DNA from: a virus | Lineage: Duplodnaviria; Caudoviricetes | Strand: one strand, 5' to 3' | Virus record (IMG/VR): IMGVR_UViG_3300021431_000081 | Span: 64,001 to 128,000 of that record | Length of the DNA stretch: 64,000 nucleotides | Shown: positions 12,101-21,711 of the stretch, in pieces | How the letters are laid out: every line of letters begins with the position of its first letter | How positions within the stretch are numbered: position 1 is the stretch's first letter | Program-made: the position numbers and the translations under genes | Notes under the pieces: model-generated | The model's input: only the letters and a program-made list of their open reading frames with translations | Database searches by the model: none | Told to the model about the DNA's origin: nothing

Positions 12101-15100
12101 TATACAACCCGGTAAGATTACGTTTACCGGCTAACACTTCGAGCAAACCGTTCGCACGGTTCGTGCCATATTGTTTATCTGTTGCAATTATTTCTTCATA
12201 GACATCTGCAATATCCTGAAGAATCTCATAGGTGCTTCTGAAATTACCGTTTTCATCAAGTATATCTACACCTTTAAAGCCATTACTAGCTACAGCAGTG
12301 TAATCTTTAATTATTTGTTGAGATTTCGCTGATGTTTGGACTACGAAGTCATCTACGTCTTCTCCAAGATCAGCAAGTTCGGCCTTTGCTTCCTCTGTGC
12401 CAGTTATTCTCAAAGCAACCGTTCTCATTGCATTGCCGACCTTTTTAGGGTCCTGCACAACTGCATTCCCGGCAGTAATTAAAGCAATTGCTTCATCAAT
12501 GTCATTCGATTTATTATGAGTTTAAAACTCACTTTTTTATTATGCAATGCATAATAAAAACTGCATCTTTCGATGCAGTCCAGACTATTTCTTCATCTTC
12601 AGCTTTACCTGTTAAGAGTACCCTTTTCGATTTAAGAGATTTTCACTCACATATTAAATATATGCCCTACGATTATTGATTTAAGTATTCAGGATTTCCA
12701 CCTTTATTCTCTTGCTTAAATCCCGACATGGATCTAGTCGTTGAACGTTCACCCTCGACTCAAGCACCGTATGTTCTACGGAATACGTTAGGGCGCTTCG
12801 CTGCATGAACAGCCAATCCTTACGTTTTAAAACCATCATAATATAGTTTCCTTATTATTGTGGTGTAAGGCTCTAAGGCATTACCTGCAATTAAGAATAT
12901 TCATATAATACATTTCTGTATTATCAGGCAATTAGACATTTCTTTTTACCTGCTGTTTTTAATGAACTTGCTGACAACTGTAACGCTGTTGCAAGGCCAT
13001 CAGTACTAATTGAAAAGTTATTACCTACATTGTTTAACTTATCAATAATATCCATTTTGCCAAGATTATCATAAGCTTGGCTCATAGCTACTAAACTTTC
13101 AGTAGCTTCATCAATACTTTCAAATTCTGATACATTAAGTAAAACGGAAGCATCTTTTGCAGATTCTTTTGCGTCATCAAGCGTCTCTCCAAGCCTCATC
13201 CAGTCAGCAGTACTTTGCTGAATAACTAATCCAGTAGTACCTGCCTGATTTGCTATATCATAACTTTCAGTTTGAAATTCTTTAAGACGGGAGAGTGGTT
13301 CATCAGATACTTTTGCCATTTCGGTTAAAGCATCATCTAATTGATGAATAATTTCAAAACCCTCACGAGCATAACGAATAAAATCTTGAATAGAAACATA
13401 TGATAAGAAATAAGCACCTAAATCTTTAAATTTTCTTACTAATTTTGTTGAAAAAGTATCTCCTACTTTTCCTGCCTTATTTAATTCTTGTTCAAAACTA
13501 TTAACTTGTGCTATCGCATGCTCTAAAGAAGCTTGATTTACATTTTTTAAGCCATCGCTAATTTCTTGTAAATATTGTTTTCCCTCTTCCCCCATCTTTG
13601 GGTTATTCGTTATTAAATTACTAATTCTTTTTTGTAAAGCGGTAGTATTTTTTTCACTAGCCTTAATATTCTTTTTGTCACCTAATTCATTTTCTAAGTT
13701 TTGTACTTGATGAACTAATTCACCAATCTCTTTTATTTCTTGAGGATTAGTAATATCAATACCGTTCTTTAATTTGTTTTGAAGAGTCGTAATAGTTTGA
13801 TCCAGTTCATCTAATTGAGTTTTATATTGATCAGTATTTATAATTTTATTATTATTAAATAACTCATTAAATGTTTTTTTCTTTCCAATAGTTTTGTCAA
13901 CAATATCAGATACTTTTCCCGCATACCTTTCAGAAGCAGATTCTATCGCTTTTTCCATTTGAGAGTCTAAAATGATATCTGTAGATTTTCTGTCATTTAA
14001 TAATGTTTGTCTTTTATTGTATTTTTCTTGTATTTTACTAATTATATTATCAAAAGATTCATCAGCATTAACTTTTAAACTTTTTTCTGCTAAAGAAGCA
14101 CTTTCCTTAATTAGTTGTTGTTCATCTTTATACGATTGTTTTTTATCCTTTTCTTCTTTTCGTTCTTTCTCTCGTTTTTTTTTACTTTCTTCTTTTTCTT
14201 CTCTTTCAATTTCCTTATCTAATTCTTTTTCTTCTTTTCTTCTTTGCTTTTCCTCTGCCGCTTTCTTTTTCGCAACTTCTGCCTTTAATTCTGCATAATG
14301 TTTTTCTTGATCATCTTGTTTTTTCGATTCTTTTAAAGTGTTTAATTGCTCTTCTTTAGATTGACGTATTTTTTCTAATGCTTCTTTTTCATTATCAGTT
14401 AAATTTAAGATTTGTTTGTTTAATTCATCTTCAACTTCTTGTTCTTCATACATACGTTGTGTTGCAGTTGTGTTATCCTTTGCAGGATTTGTCACATTTC
14501 TTTCTAGCAAAGAATATTTTTTATTCAAAGCCTTTTGTGCTAATTCAAAACTGTTATTTACAGCATCCTCAATTCCAGATACAACGGTTCTTTGTACTGA
14601 CTGACTAATCGGATCATATTTATAATCTGTTCGCCATTTTCTTTTATTACCATGTTCATCAGTGTCTTCATGATCAACGTGATATTTTGAAATGTTGCCA
14701 AACCTGTCTTGGGTATAATATTGATTTTTTCTACTATACTGATCAAAATTACGTTCATCAGCAGCAATAGCTTGTAAAATTGCTTTATGACCTATTTCAC
14801 TAATACGTTCTTCATCAGTTAAATCTTTAGAGTCTCTTTTTTTCTTATTAGTTTCTTTTTCTTCTTCAGCCTTTTTAGTATTTTCAATTTGTTGTTGTAT
14901 TTCCATACTTTTTACTAAAGAAGAAAAATCAATATTACTTAAAGTAGTAAAATCTACATTTAATTGATTTAATAAATCTGTTATTGCAACAAGTTCCTCT
15001 CGAAGCTGCTCAATAAAAGTCACTTCATTATAAATTACTTCTTCAACAGTACTATTTTCTTTTTCAAAAGCTTCGGTTTTATCATTAACGGCTCCAGTTA

Positions 15101-17159
15101 CTTTTATTATTGCATCAAATAAACTACTTATTTGTGTAGATTCATTAGAAAAATCTAGTGCTTCACCAGTACTATCGGTTATTTTTTTTATTTGATTAAT
15201 TGCTTCAGTTAAAGATGGAATTATCTTATTTAATGTTTCCGCAAAATCAGAAAATTGATTATCTTGCATCTCTTTTCCTGAAAATACTTGTTTTATCGTA
15301 TCCAATAAATTATTAATTGGTGTTGCTTCTTTTTCCAATGTTTTTATTTCATTTCTATAATTTTTAAATATTTCGCCAAACTGAGATTCCCAAGCACTAA
15401 TATCAACACCCGCTCCTTTAAGTAGCTGTTGTATTATAGAAATTCCATTTTTAAAATAATCAATTGTATTTTGTAAACTTTTTCCGGGAGACTGTTCATT
15501 GTGCGCTATATATTCATTAAACAAATCTACATTAGAAGAAACAATGTTACCTTTAAAACGACTTTCAACAATTTCACCTTTTTCATTATATATATCTCTA
15601 TATAAATAACGTTCTAAAGAATTATAAGCTTCTTCAATTTGAGGAACGAATCTTCTTTTTATTTCTCCTTCTTTTTGAGCCTGCACAACAGAATTATTCC
15701 CTTTAAAAATTGATTTAAAATCACCTAATTCAGCAATTTTTTCATGTAAAGTAGTTAAGGTTTCATTCAAACCGTCAAAGCCTTTAGAAAAATCAATATT
15801 TTTTATATCATTTGCTAAAGTTTTTATTTCGCCTAAGTTCTCTTTTATGACGTTAAAAGATCCAAAAGTATCTGTTGACGCTAAATATCCTATACCTACT
15901 TCAATTTTATCTAATGTATCAATTAATTCTGTAAAAGGGGTCTTAATATCTAAATGGCTTAAAGCTTCTAATTCAGTCGTAAGTTTTTGAACTAACGCAA
16001 TTAAAACTCCAAACGCTTCAGCATAATCACCACTTATCTTACTAGGATCAAAATTCATTACAGCTTTATCTAATAATTCTTGTATATAATCAACTTGATT
16101 TGCATATTGCTGATAACTATCGAAAGCGTTTTCATATAATATCTGTTCTTGTTTTACTTCATTTGAATCGATACCATATTGTTCAGATTTGTTTGCTGCT
16201 CTTTCTGAACGCCACTCTGCAGAAGACAAATAATCATCTCGTATCTCTTTTAATCGTTTTAATTCTTCTTGTAATTTTTGTATATCATCTAACTCATCAA
16301 AATCTAAGCCCCAATATGAATCACGATCCGCTTGTTCACGTAACTTCCTTTTTTCATCGGCAAGTTTTTTAATTTCTTCTCTAGTTTTTGCAATTATTTT
16401 ATCTGGCGTTGAAGAAGTATTGCCAGAACCATCACCTGGTCCTGTACCATTACCATCACCATTACCATTGCCTGATCCATTTCCATTATTTGAAGATCCT
16501 TTATTGGTCTTTTGAATATTATCCAATGCATCTTTTAAAGAAAGCGCTTCAATTTTAGCTTTATTTAAATCCTCAGTTAATCCTTTGAAACCTGCTTGCT
16601 CTAAAGCTTCTTGGGGTATTTGTTTTAATAAGCCAAATAATTCTTTAAAAGCATCAACTGTTTGTGGTAAACCGCCTTTTGAATTTTTGTCCAATCCTTC
16701 ATATATTTCTCTAATACGAGTAACAAATTCAGCCATTTCAGGATTAATTTTTTGAATATCTCCACCCAAGGCTTCAAAGGCATTAGCTCTTTTCCATAAT
16801 TCAGATACATCTTTAGAACTATCTTTAAAGAAACCCTTATCATCAACTTCCCCATTTTTCCATTTTGATAATAGATCTTGATTTTGAACTAATTTATTCC
16901 ATTGTTCAATTAATGAATTTTGTGCATTACCTATTGATTGAAAATATTTTTTCGGATTTTTTTGATTGTATTGCTTTATACCTGACAATTCCTTATTAAT
17001 ATTTTCAACGTCTTTATTACCTTCTATTTTAAATTCAATTTTATGACTACCTTCTACTGAGCCAATCGAAGACGCTAAACTTTTTACAGCTTCTGTCAAG
17101 GCACGAATTTCATTACTAGCACCAGATCCACCTTTATTACCTGATATTTTTGTAGCCAT
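3122..17159 (-). CDS. Tape measure protein, three exons (17159-12948, 12506-12126, 11629-3122), about 4366 aa after splicing
   Basis: Spliced junctions restore ...SASSLKTAG|NDIDEAIALITAGNAVVQDP... and ...LLEVLAG|KNRANVVASILQNG..., which read as continuous tape-measure core sequence. Long helical/coiled-coil composition; lies between chaperone-like genes and the tail-tip gene. Confidence 0.92.
11630..12125 (-). ncRNA. Group I intron (IA-like, 496 nt, no ORF), tape measure intron 2
   Basis: 5' site after GCCGGU; terminal G at 11630. Core motifs CAUGCAGCGAAG, GUUCAACGACUA (R) and AAGAAAUAGUCU (S). Guide UCUU-ACCGG pairs both exons; removal restores the frame. Confidence 0.9.
12507..12947 (-). 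ncRNA. Group I intron (IA-like, 441 nt, no ORF), tape measure intron 1
   Basis: P1 CAGGU/GCCUG with U.G wobble at the splice site. P10 AAUGUC..AUU pairs exon 2 start AAUGACAUU. Same core motifs as intron 2; terminal G at 12507; removal restores the frame. Confidence 0.93.
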
Positions 17160-17180
17160 TCAACGCCTCCTTTCTTTATT

Positions 17181-17786
17181 CTATAAATAATTATAAATAC
17201 CACTATTTTGAATTAGTTCATTTAGATATTGTGTACTCATGTCATTATAATATTGATTTAATGTATTACGGCCTTTTATATTAAATTCACGCTCTAATCC
17301 TCTTAATCTTCCTGCGAATGGTTCTGTGCTTACAGCACGGCCCCCCTTAGATTCAGGAACCCATGCACCTTTTACACCTGGTACATGATACCAATAAGTT
17401 CCCGGATGTGGATGATTAGGGCCACTTATTGCACCACCATGATAACCTTTCTCAGCGGTTAATGCCCATAATTTAGCTGAACCCAATCTATGAACTTCAG
17501 GAACTAAATGCGCTCCCCAATCAAAGCTTATTGATCCTGATTCCGGATCATATTCAAAAGAATAACTATCTTTTAAGCTTAATGTAGGATCATAAGACTT
17601 TCTAGTATACGCTCCATACCAATTCATAACAATTAATTCATATTTATTTTTGTATTCATTAATTACTTTTTCTGCAGCATTATCATAAGCCTTACTGTCT
17701 AATTCTGGGAATGCGTCAATAATCATATTACCTAACTCAACAATTTTATGTAACTTACCAATTAATCTTTTAGAAACAATTTGCAT
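17181..17786 (-). CDS. Putative tail/neck component (HK97 gp10-like position)
   Basis: 201 aa with RBS; WYGAYTRKSYDPT motif; immediately upstream of tape measure. Confidence 0.5.
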   Translation of the reverse strand: MQIVSKRLIGKLHKIVELGNMIIDAFPELDSKAYDNAAEKVINEYKNKYELIVMNWYGAYTRKSYDPTLSLKDSYSFEYDPESGSISFDWGAHLVPEVHRLGSAKLWALTAEKGYHGGAISGPNHPHPGTYWYHVPGVKGAWVPESKGGRAVSTEPFAGRLRGLEREFNIKGRNTLNQYYNDMSTQYLNELIQNSGIYNYL

Positions 17787-17810
17787 AATATATTGTCTCC
17801 TTAAAATATA

Positions 17811-18242
17811 TTACAGTAATTTTGAATTCAATAATAAATCATTTAACCGCATAGAAAACAATGCGTCAAATGCTTGTTTGTCTTCAGGCAACTTTTCCCA
17901 AATTTTATCTATAATTTTATATTGATTTAAAAAATCAAAAAACAAATCATTATCTTTGTTAATATCAATACTAAATTGAGTATATAAATTTATAACTGTT
18001 AAAATATAATATTTATATTCATTCGGTTTATTATATAATATTTTCCCTTCGGGTTCATAATGTGCCTTTCGAATTATATTATCTATACTATTTATTTTTT
18101 CATTATATGGAATATAAGTAGATTCCGATAATACTAATTTTGAAATATAATTATCTTTAATATTATCTGATTTAACGCATGAATATTCATTCATAAAAGC
18201 ATTAGTATCATTTAATGATTGATTCATTATCTTATCCTCCAT
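17811..18242 (-). CDS. Putative tail assembly chaperone (paralog of upstream gene)
   Basis: 143 aa; YIPYNEK...AHY...NLYT pattern shared with 18242-18802. Confidence 0.5.
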   Translation of the reverse strand: MEDKIMNQSLNDTNAFMNEYSCVKSDNIKDNYISKLVLSESTYIPYNEKINSIDNIIRKAHYEPEGKILYNKPNEYKYYILTVINLYTQFSIDINKDNDLFFDFLNQYKIIDKIWEKLPEDKQAFDALFSMRLNDLLLNSKLL

Positions 18243-18802
18243 TATTCTAATTGTATTCCGTTCACCATTTCCATAATTTCAGGCATTACACCACTAACGG
18301 CATCTAATACTTGCTCCGTTCCTTTGGCAATTCCAATCATAATAGCATCAATAATTTCCTGAGATTGCTTTTGTGAGTTGATATCATCAAAGAAATCTCG
18401 TTTAATGCAATAAAAAACTTTTTTGAATTCTTTAATATCATCTGATGCCAAATCTTCAATCATTTTAAAATCCTTTATTGCACCCATAATTAAATCATAT
18501 TCTTTTGTTGCATCTTCAGTATGCAAATCTAAATTCGTATATAATTCCATAATTGTCCATTGAAATAAGAACAACTCTTTGGATTGATTATGTTTATATT
18601 TATCGTTTTTAAAATGAGCTGTTTGCAATATATAAGTAGCATAGGTCATTTTTTCTGCATAAGGGATATATGCATTTTTATCAATAATTTCACTCATGAT
18701 ACATGCTTTCCTATCATCAGCACTTTCTGCCTCATCATATTTTTTAAGAAAATCAGCAACACTGATTTTTTCAATATTTTCATTATTCATAATTTTACTC
18801 AT
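18242..18802 (-). CDS. Putative tail assembly chaperone
   Basis: 186 aa, acidic and helical; YIPYAEK...AHF...ELYT; lies between tail tube and tape measure. Confidence 0.5.
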   Translation of the reverse strand: MSKIMNNENIEKISVADFLKKYDEAESADDRKACIMSEIIDKNAYIPYAEKMTYATYILQTAHFKNDKYKHNQSKELFLFQWTIMELYTNLDLHTEDATKEYDLIMGAIKDFKMIEDLASDDIKEFKKVFYCIKRDFFDDINSQKQSQEIIDAIMIGIAKGTEQVLDAVSGVMPEIMEMVNGIQLE

Positions 18803-18814
18803 ATCTCGATCCTC

Positions 18815-19381
18815 CTAGTTTTCCTTATATTTAGCACAAACTCCCTCGACTATTTCATCCTGGATCCGGCCTTCCATTGCCTTACGAAGAATTGAACAGT
18901 TTCTATCATACCGTTTACAGGTTTTGCATTTATCTTCAAAATAATCAGCGGAAGCTTGATTATCAAACACTCCTACAAAATCTACAGGATAAATAGTCAA
19001 TTCAATATGTGGATTTTTATTATCGTACATAACCTTTAAAATGCGATTACAAACCATATTATCATCTAACCAAACCACACCAGAATCTGTAATAGCATCA
19101 GAAATGCACTTATCATAATTAGCGCAATCCATATCGGTCCTTGGAAAATAATAAACCGCATCAACATAATAATGCTGATACGGATTTTCACTTTTTATCC
19201 AACCTTGTTTTTTCGCCTCTTGTTTTACATATTCTGTAAATCGTTTCTGGAAGTCTTTCGCTTCTTTTGTCTTATAGGACATTGCCATAGGTTTTCCATT
19301 TTTATACATTACACGATATGCAAGATAGTGATTCACTGAAATGAATTCATTTACGGTGAGTTTTAATACTTGCTTTTCCAT
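18815..19381 (-). CDS. rusA: RusA-family Holliday junction resolvase with C-terminal Cys cluster
   Basis: SVNHY near the N-terminus; DCANYDKCISDA and WLDD match the RusA DxxNxxKxxxD...DD pattern; CKTC...C...C tail. Confidence 0.8.
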   Translation of the reverse strand: MEKQVLKLTVNEFISVNHYLAYRVMYKNGKPMAMSYKTKEAKDFQKRFTEYVKQEAKKQGWIKSENPYQHYYVDAVYYFPRTDMDCANYDKCISDAITDSGVVWLDDNMVCNRILKVMYDNKNPHIELTIYPVDFVGVFDNQASADYFEDKCKTCKRYDRNCSILRKAMEGRIQDEIVEGVCAKYKEN

Positions 19382-19394
19382 AACTCACCACCAA

Positions 19395-19796
19395 TCAATA
19401 AATATATCCTTCAAGAGTAAATACAGATTCTGTATTCGAACTATCTGGATCAAGATTGGCATATACATCAAACGATATCATGGTCATTTCACATGGAAAA
19501 TCCCAAACATAAGACTGTTCATGCCAATCATTGATAGGAATGAACCGTCCTTTCTCTCCAATTATCTTTATATTAATAATTTTACCTTTGGCATTTAATA
19601 ACATTGGTAAAAAACCTATAGATTTAAATTCAATTGTATTAATATCCCGTCTTTGATAATTGATAGTAAAATTATTTACTTCACTTAAAACTATAGATTT
19701 ACCATTTTCATAATTTAATATTACTTTTACACTGGTATCCCCAGTAATAAATGTTTGATTTTTTATAGGCTCAAATGTCATATTTTTCTCCTTCAT
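19395..19796 (-). CDS. Hypothetical protein
   Basis: 133 aa ORF co-oriented with the operon; probable start at the internal MTFEP after an AAGGAG RBS. Confidence 0.6.
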   Translation of the reverse strand: MKEKNMTFEPIKNQTFITGDTSVKVILNYENGKSIVLSEVNNFTINYQRRDINTIEFKSIGFLPMLLNAKGKIINIKIIGEKGRFIPINDWHEQSYVWDFPCEMTMISFDVYANLDPDSSNTESVFTLEGYIY

Positions 19797-19833
19797 ATTC
19801 CGATACTGTAGTTCTAACCCTACTATTCAATTT

Positions 19834-19878
19834 AAAAAAGCCATGATATAATCCCCATTAAGGAGGCATATCATGACA
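19834..19878. promoter_or_regulatory. Dual element: minus-strand terminator overlapping a plus-strand extended -10 promoter and RBS
   Basis: CATGATAT...ATATCATG stem next to an A6 tract; TG-A-TATAAT at 19844-19852; AAGGAGG before ATG 19873. Confidence 0.55.
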
Positions 19879-20082
19879 AAACAACAACTAATTGATATAA
19901 TTTCAGAGGCTAATAATTTAGCTTCGTTACACTTTATCGAATTATATAAACAAAATGCTGATTTTATATTGAGCAAAGAAGATAAATACGCTCAATATTT
20001 TGCGTTAGGTTTTACTACATTTAATGCAGTTCAATTAATACTATTCTTTACTTTATATCAAATTTGCGAAATAGAAGAGTAG
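19873..20082 (+). CDS. Small counter-oriented protein with hydrophobic C-terminus (moron-like)
   Basis: 69 aa; own RBS and promoter; fills a gap between minus-strand genes without overlap; YFALGFTTFNAVQLILFFTLY is hydrophobic. Confidence 0.65.
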   Translation: MTKQQLIDIISEANNLASLHFIELYKQNADFILSKEDKYAQYFALGFTTFNAVQLILFFTLYQICEIEE

Positions 20083-20334
20083 TCATACCTCTTTGACCAG
20101 GTCGTAAGAGATCTGAACAGGTATAACCACTAATTCAATATCATCATTTGTTACATGCTTATATTCATCTAGTAACATTTGCGCTATACTTCGATCTTCG
20201 GTGTATAGCGCTTTATTTATGCGTTTATAAAAACAATATTTATACTCACCAGGTTGTTTATACAAATACATGGTAGGAGATGAAACCGTTGCAATTATAA
20301 ATTTTATTTCTTTTAACGTAGGTATTGTATCCAT
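20083..20334 (-). CDS. Hypothetical protein
   Basis: 83 aa ORF with RBS, in operon. Confidence 0.65.
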   Translation of the reverse strand: MDTIPTLKEIKFIIATVSSPTMYLYKQPGEYKYCFYKRINKALYTEDRSIAQMLLDEYKHVTNDDIELVVIPVQISYDLVKEV

Positions 20335-20348
20335 AATCCTTATTCTCC

Positions 20349-20579
20349 TTATAGCAGCTTACGCTCATTCCATAATTGTGACACCTCTTTTGTGTCTTCT
20401 CTATAAAAAACGTATACCAATATATCATTTCCTTCGCAGTCTGAACTAGCATATAAATCTATAGGGTATACATTATGTTTTATATATTTTTTTGCCTGAA
20501 TAGGATTTATGATTCTAACTACTTCACCTAATTCATAATCGCATCCAGTAATATTAGTCTTAATTAGCATCCTATTCAC
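20349..20579 (-). CDS. Hypothetical phage protein
   Basis: 76 aa (VRIINPIQAKKYIKHNVYPIDLY), in operon. Confidence 0.65.
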   Translation of the reverse strand: MNRMLIKTNITGCDYELGEVVRIINPIQAKKYIKHNVYPIDLYASSDCEGNDILVYVFYREDTKEVSQLWNERKLL

Positions 20580-20585
20580 CTTCTT

Positions 20586-21155
20586 TCAAGGAACCAGTTC
20601 ATTACCAAAACTGTCCCAACCCAGTCGTTCACGTCTTGCATACATTTCTAATTTGTTTAAGTTTGGATATAGATTCTCTATCATCTCATAGCTACATTCA
20701 GGTTTCTGGCTGTGATGTTTTGGTAATTCATGGAATACCGAATGATATTTCCCTCTATACTCTTTAGCTACTGGAATGAATTTACCCTTATAAGCATATA
20801 ATAGATATTCGTGACCAAAACGTATTGTAAATGCAGCGGGAATACCGTTAATCTTATCCCAGATCATACGAGAATGAATTTTATATCCCAAATCCTTTAA
20901 AATTTGTTCTGCTTCAAATAAATATTTATCTATAGTCCATAAAAACATCACACAGTCACCCCCCCCTATACAATTTTCAGAGACATATTTTAAATGCTTC
21001 TTAATATCATCCAGTGAGAGAGTAGGGTAATCCAGATCTGTTCCGCTTGAATTTTTTCGGACTGCTTTTTTGCCACCTTTTGTTTGTTTCCAAGGTGGGT
21101 CTGCCAGTATTAAATTATATTTACCATCAATTTGATGAATGTCCGTATATATCAT
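20586..21155 (-). CDS. MT-A70-family adenine methyltransferase
   Basis: ILADPPW, FLW, WDK, HSQKP, LEMYARR and GWDSFGNE motifs. Confidence 0.9.
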   Translation of the reverse strand: MIYTDIHQIDGKYNLILADPPWKQTKGGKKAVRKNSSGTDLDYPTLSLDDIKKHLKYVSENCIGGGDCVMFLWTIDKYLFEAEQILKDLGYKIHSRMIWDKINGIPAAFTIRFGHEYLLYAYKGKFIPVAKEYRGKYHSVFHELPKHHSQKPECSYEMIENLYPNLNKLEMYARRERLGWDSFGNELVP

Positions 21156-21183
21156 TCCTTGTTCTCCTTTCCCTTTTTAGGGC

Positions 21184-21231
21184 AAAAAAGGGGAGCATAA
21201 CCCCGCACAGTGTGCAAAGCTATACTCCCCT
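21184..21231 (-). terminator. Intrinsic terminator upstream of the methyltransferase
   Basis: AGGGGAGUAUAGC...GUUAUGCUCCCCU followed by a U-tract on the minus strand. Confidence 0.6.
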
Positions 21232-21282
21232 ATCAGAATATTTAAAATAAAAAATCACTGTGCAAAATACTATAATCTCTGA

Positions 21283-21603
21283 TTATTCAGTCTGCTCAGA
21301 GTACGCAGTTTTTTTCTTCTTTTTAGTAAACTTAGGATTTTCGATCTTCATAATTTCATCGATTCTTTCTGCAATCACTTCATTATATTTATCAGTTCTT
21401 GTAAGATCATATTCTTTAAGCTGTTCACGAGCCTGATCAATAGTAATTGCTTTTCCTATATAGTTCGAAGTAATTTTATAAATCATTCTACAATTATTAG
21501 AATCAAAAGTAGTCATCCAAGCAGGTTTATCCTTATCTTCACCACAACCCGGACAATAACTATACATTTTTCCGCAAATTGCACATTTTCTATTATTTGC
21601 CAT
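21283..21603 (-). CDS. Hypothetical protein with Cys cluster (CxxC...CxxC...C)
   Basis: 106 aa; AGGAGG RBS; CAICG and CPGC. Confidence 0.7.
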   Translation of the reverse strand: MANNRKCAICGKMYSYCPGCGEDKDKPAWMTTFDSNNCRMIYKITSNYIGKAITIDQAREQLKEYDLTRTDKYNEVIAERIDEIMKIENPKFTKKKKKTAYSEQTE

Positions 21604-21711
21604 GTTAATAATTCCTCCTTAATTCATAGATTCCTCTATGCCTTTATAGAGGAATAGGATTAAATAAGGGTGGACAGGTATGAGCCATCCACCCCTTGTA
21701 TAGACTAATTA

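Noticed and set aside
12488-12679. 63-aa plus-strand ORF in intron 1 (and 22210-22428 in the tail intron) as homing endonucleases
   Set aside because: Antisense, short, and no HNH/GIY-YIG/LAGLIDADG motif.
11630-12947. Reading the tape measure breaks as a pseudogene, frameshifts or three separate genes
   Set aside because: The gaps contain complete group I cores, and precise removal restores conserved in-frame sequence.
16440-16500. Gly/Asn repeats in tape measure and Asp/Pro/Thr repeats in the scaffold (~29340-29480) as DNA repeat elements
   Set aside because: These are degenerate coding linkers, not nucleotide-level arrays.
2340-16855. Many short antisense or alternate-frame ORFs inside the tail-tip and tape measure genes (and similar shadows across the window)
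   Set aside because: No RBS, atypical composition, and fully nested in long real genes.
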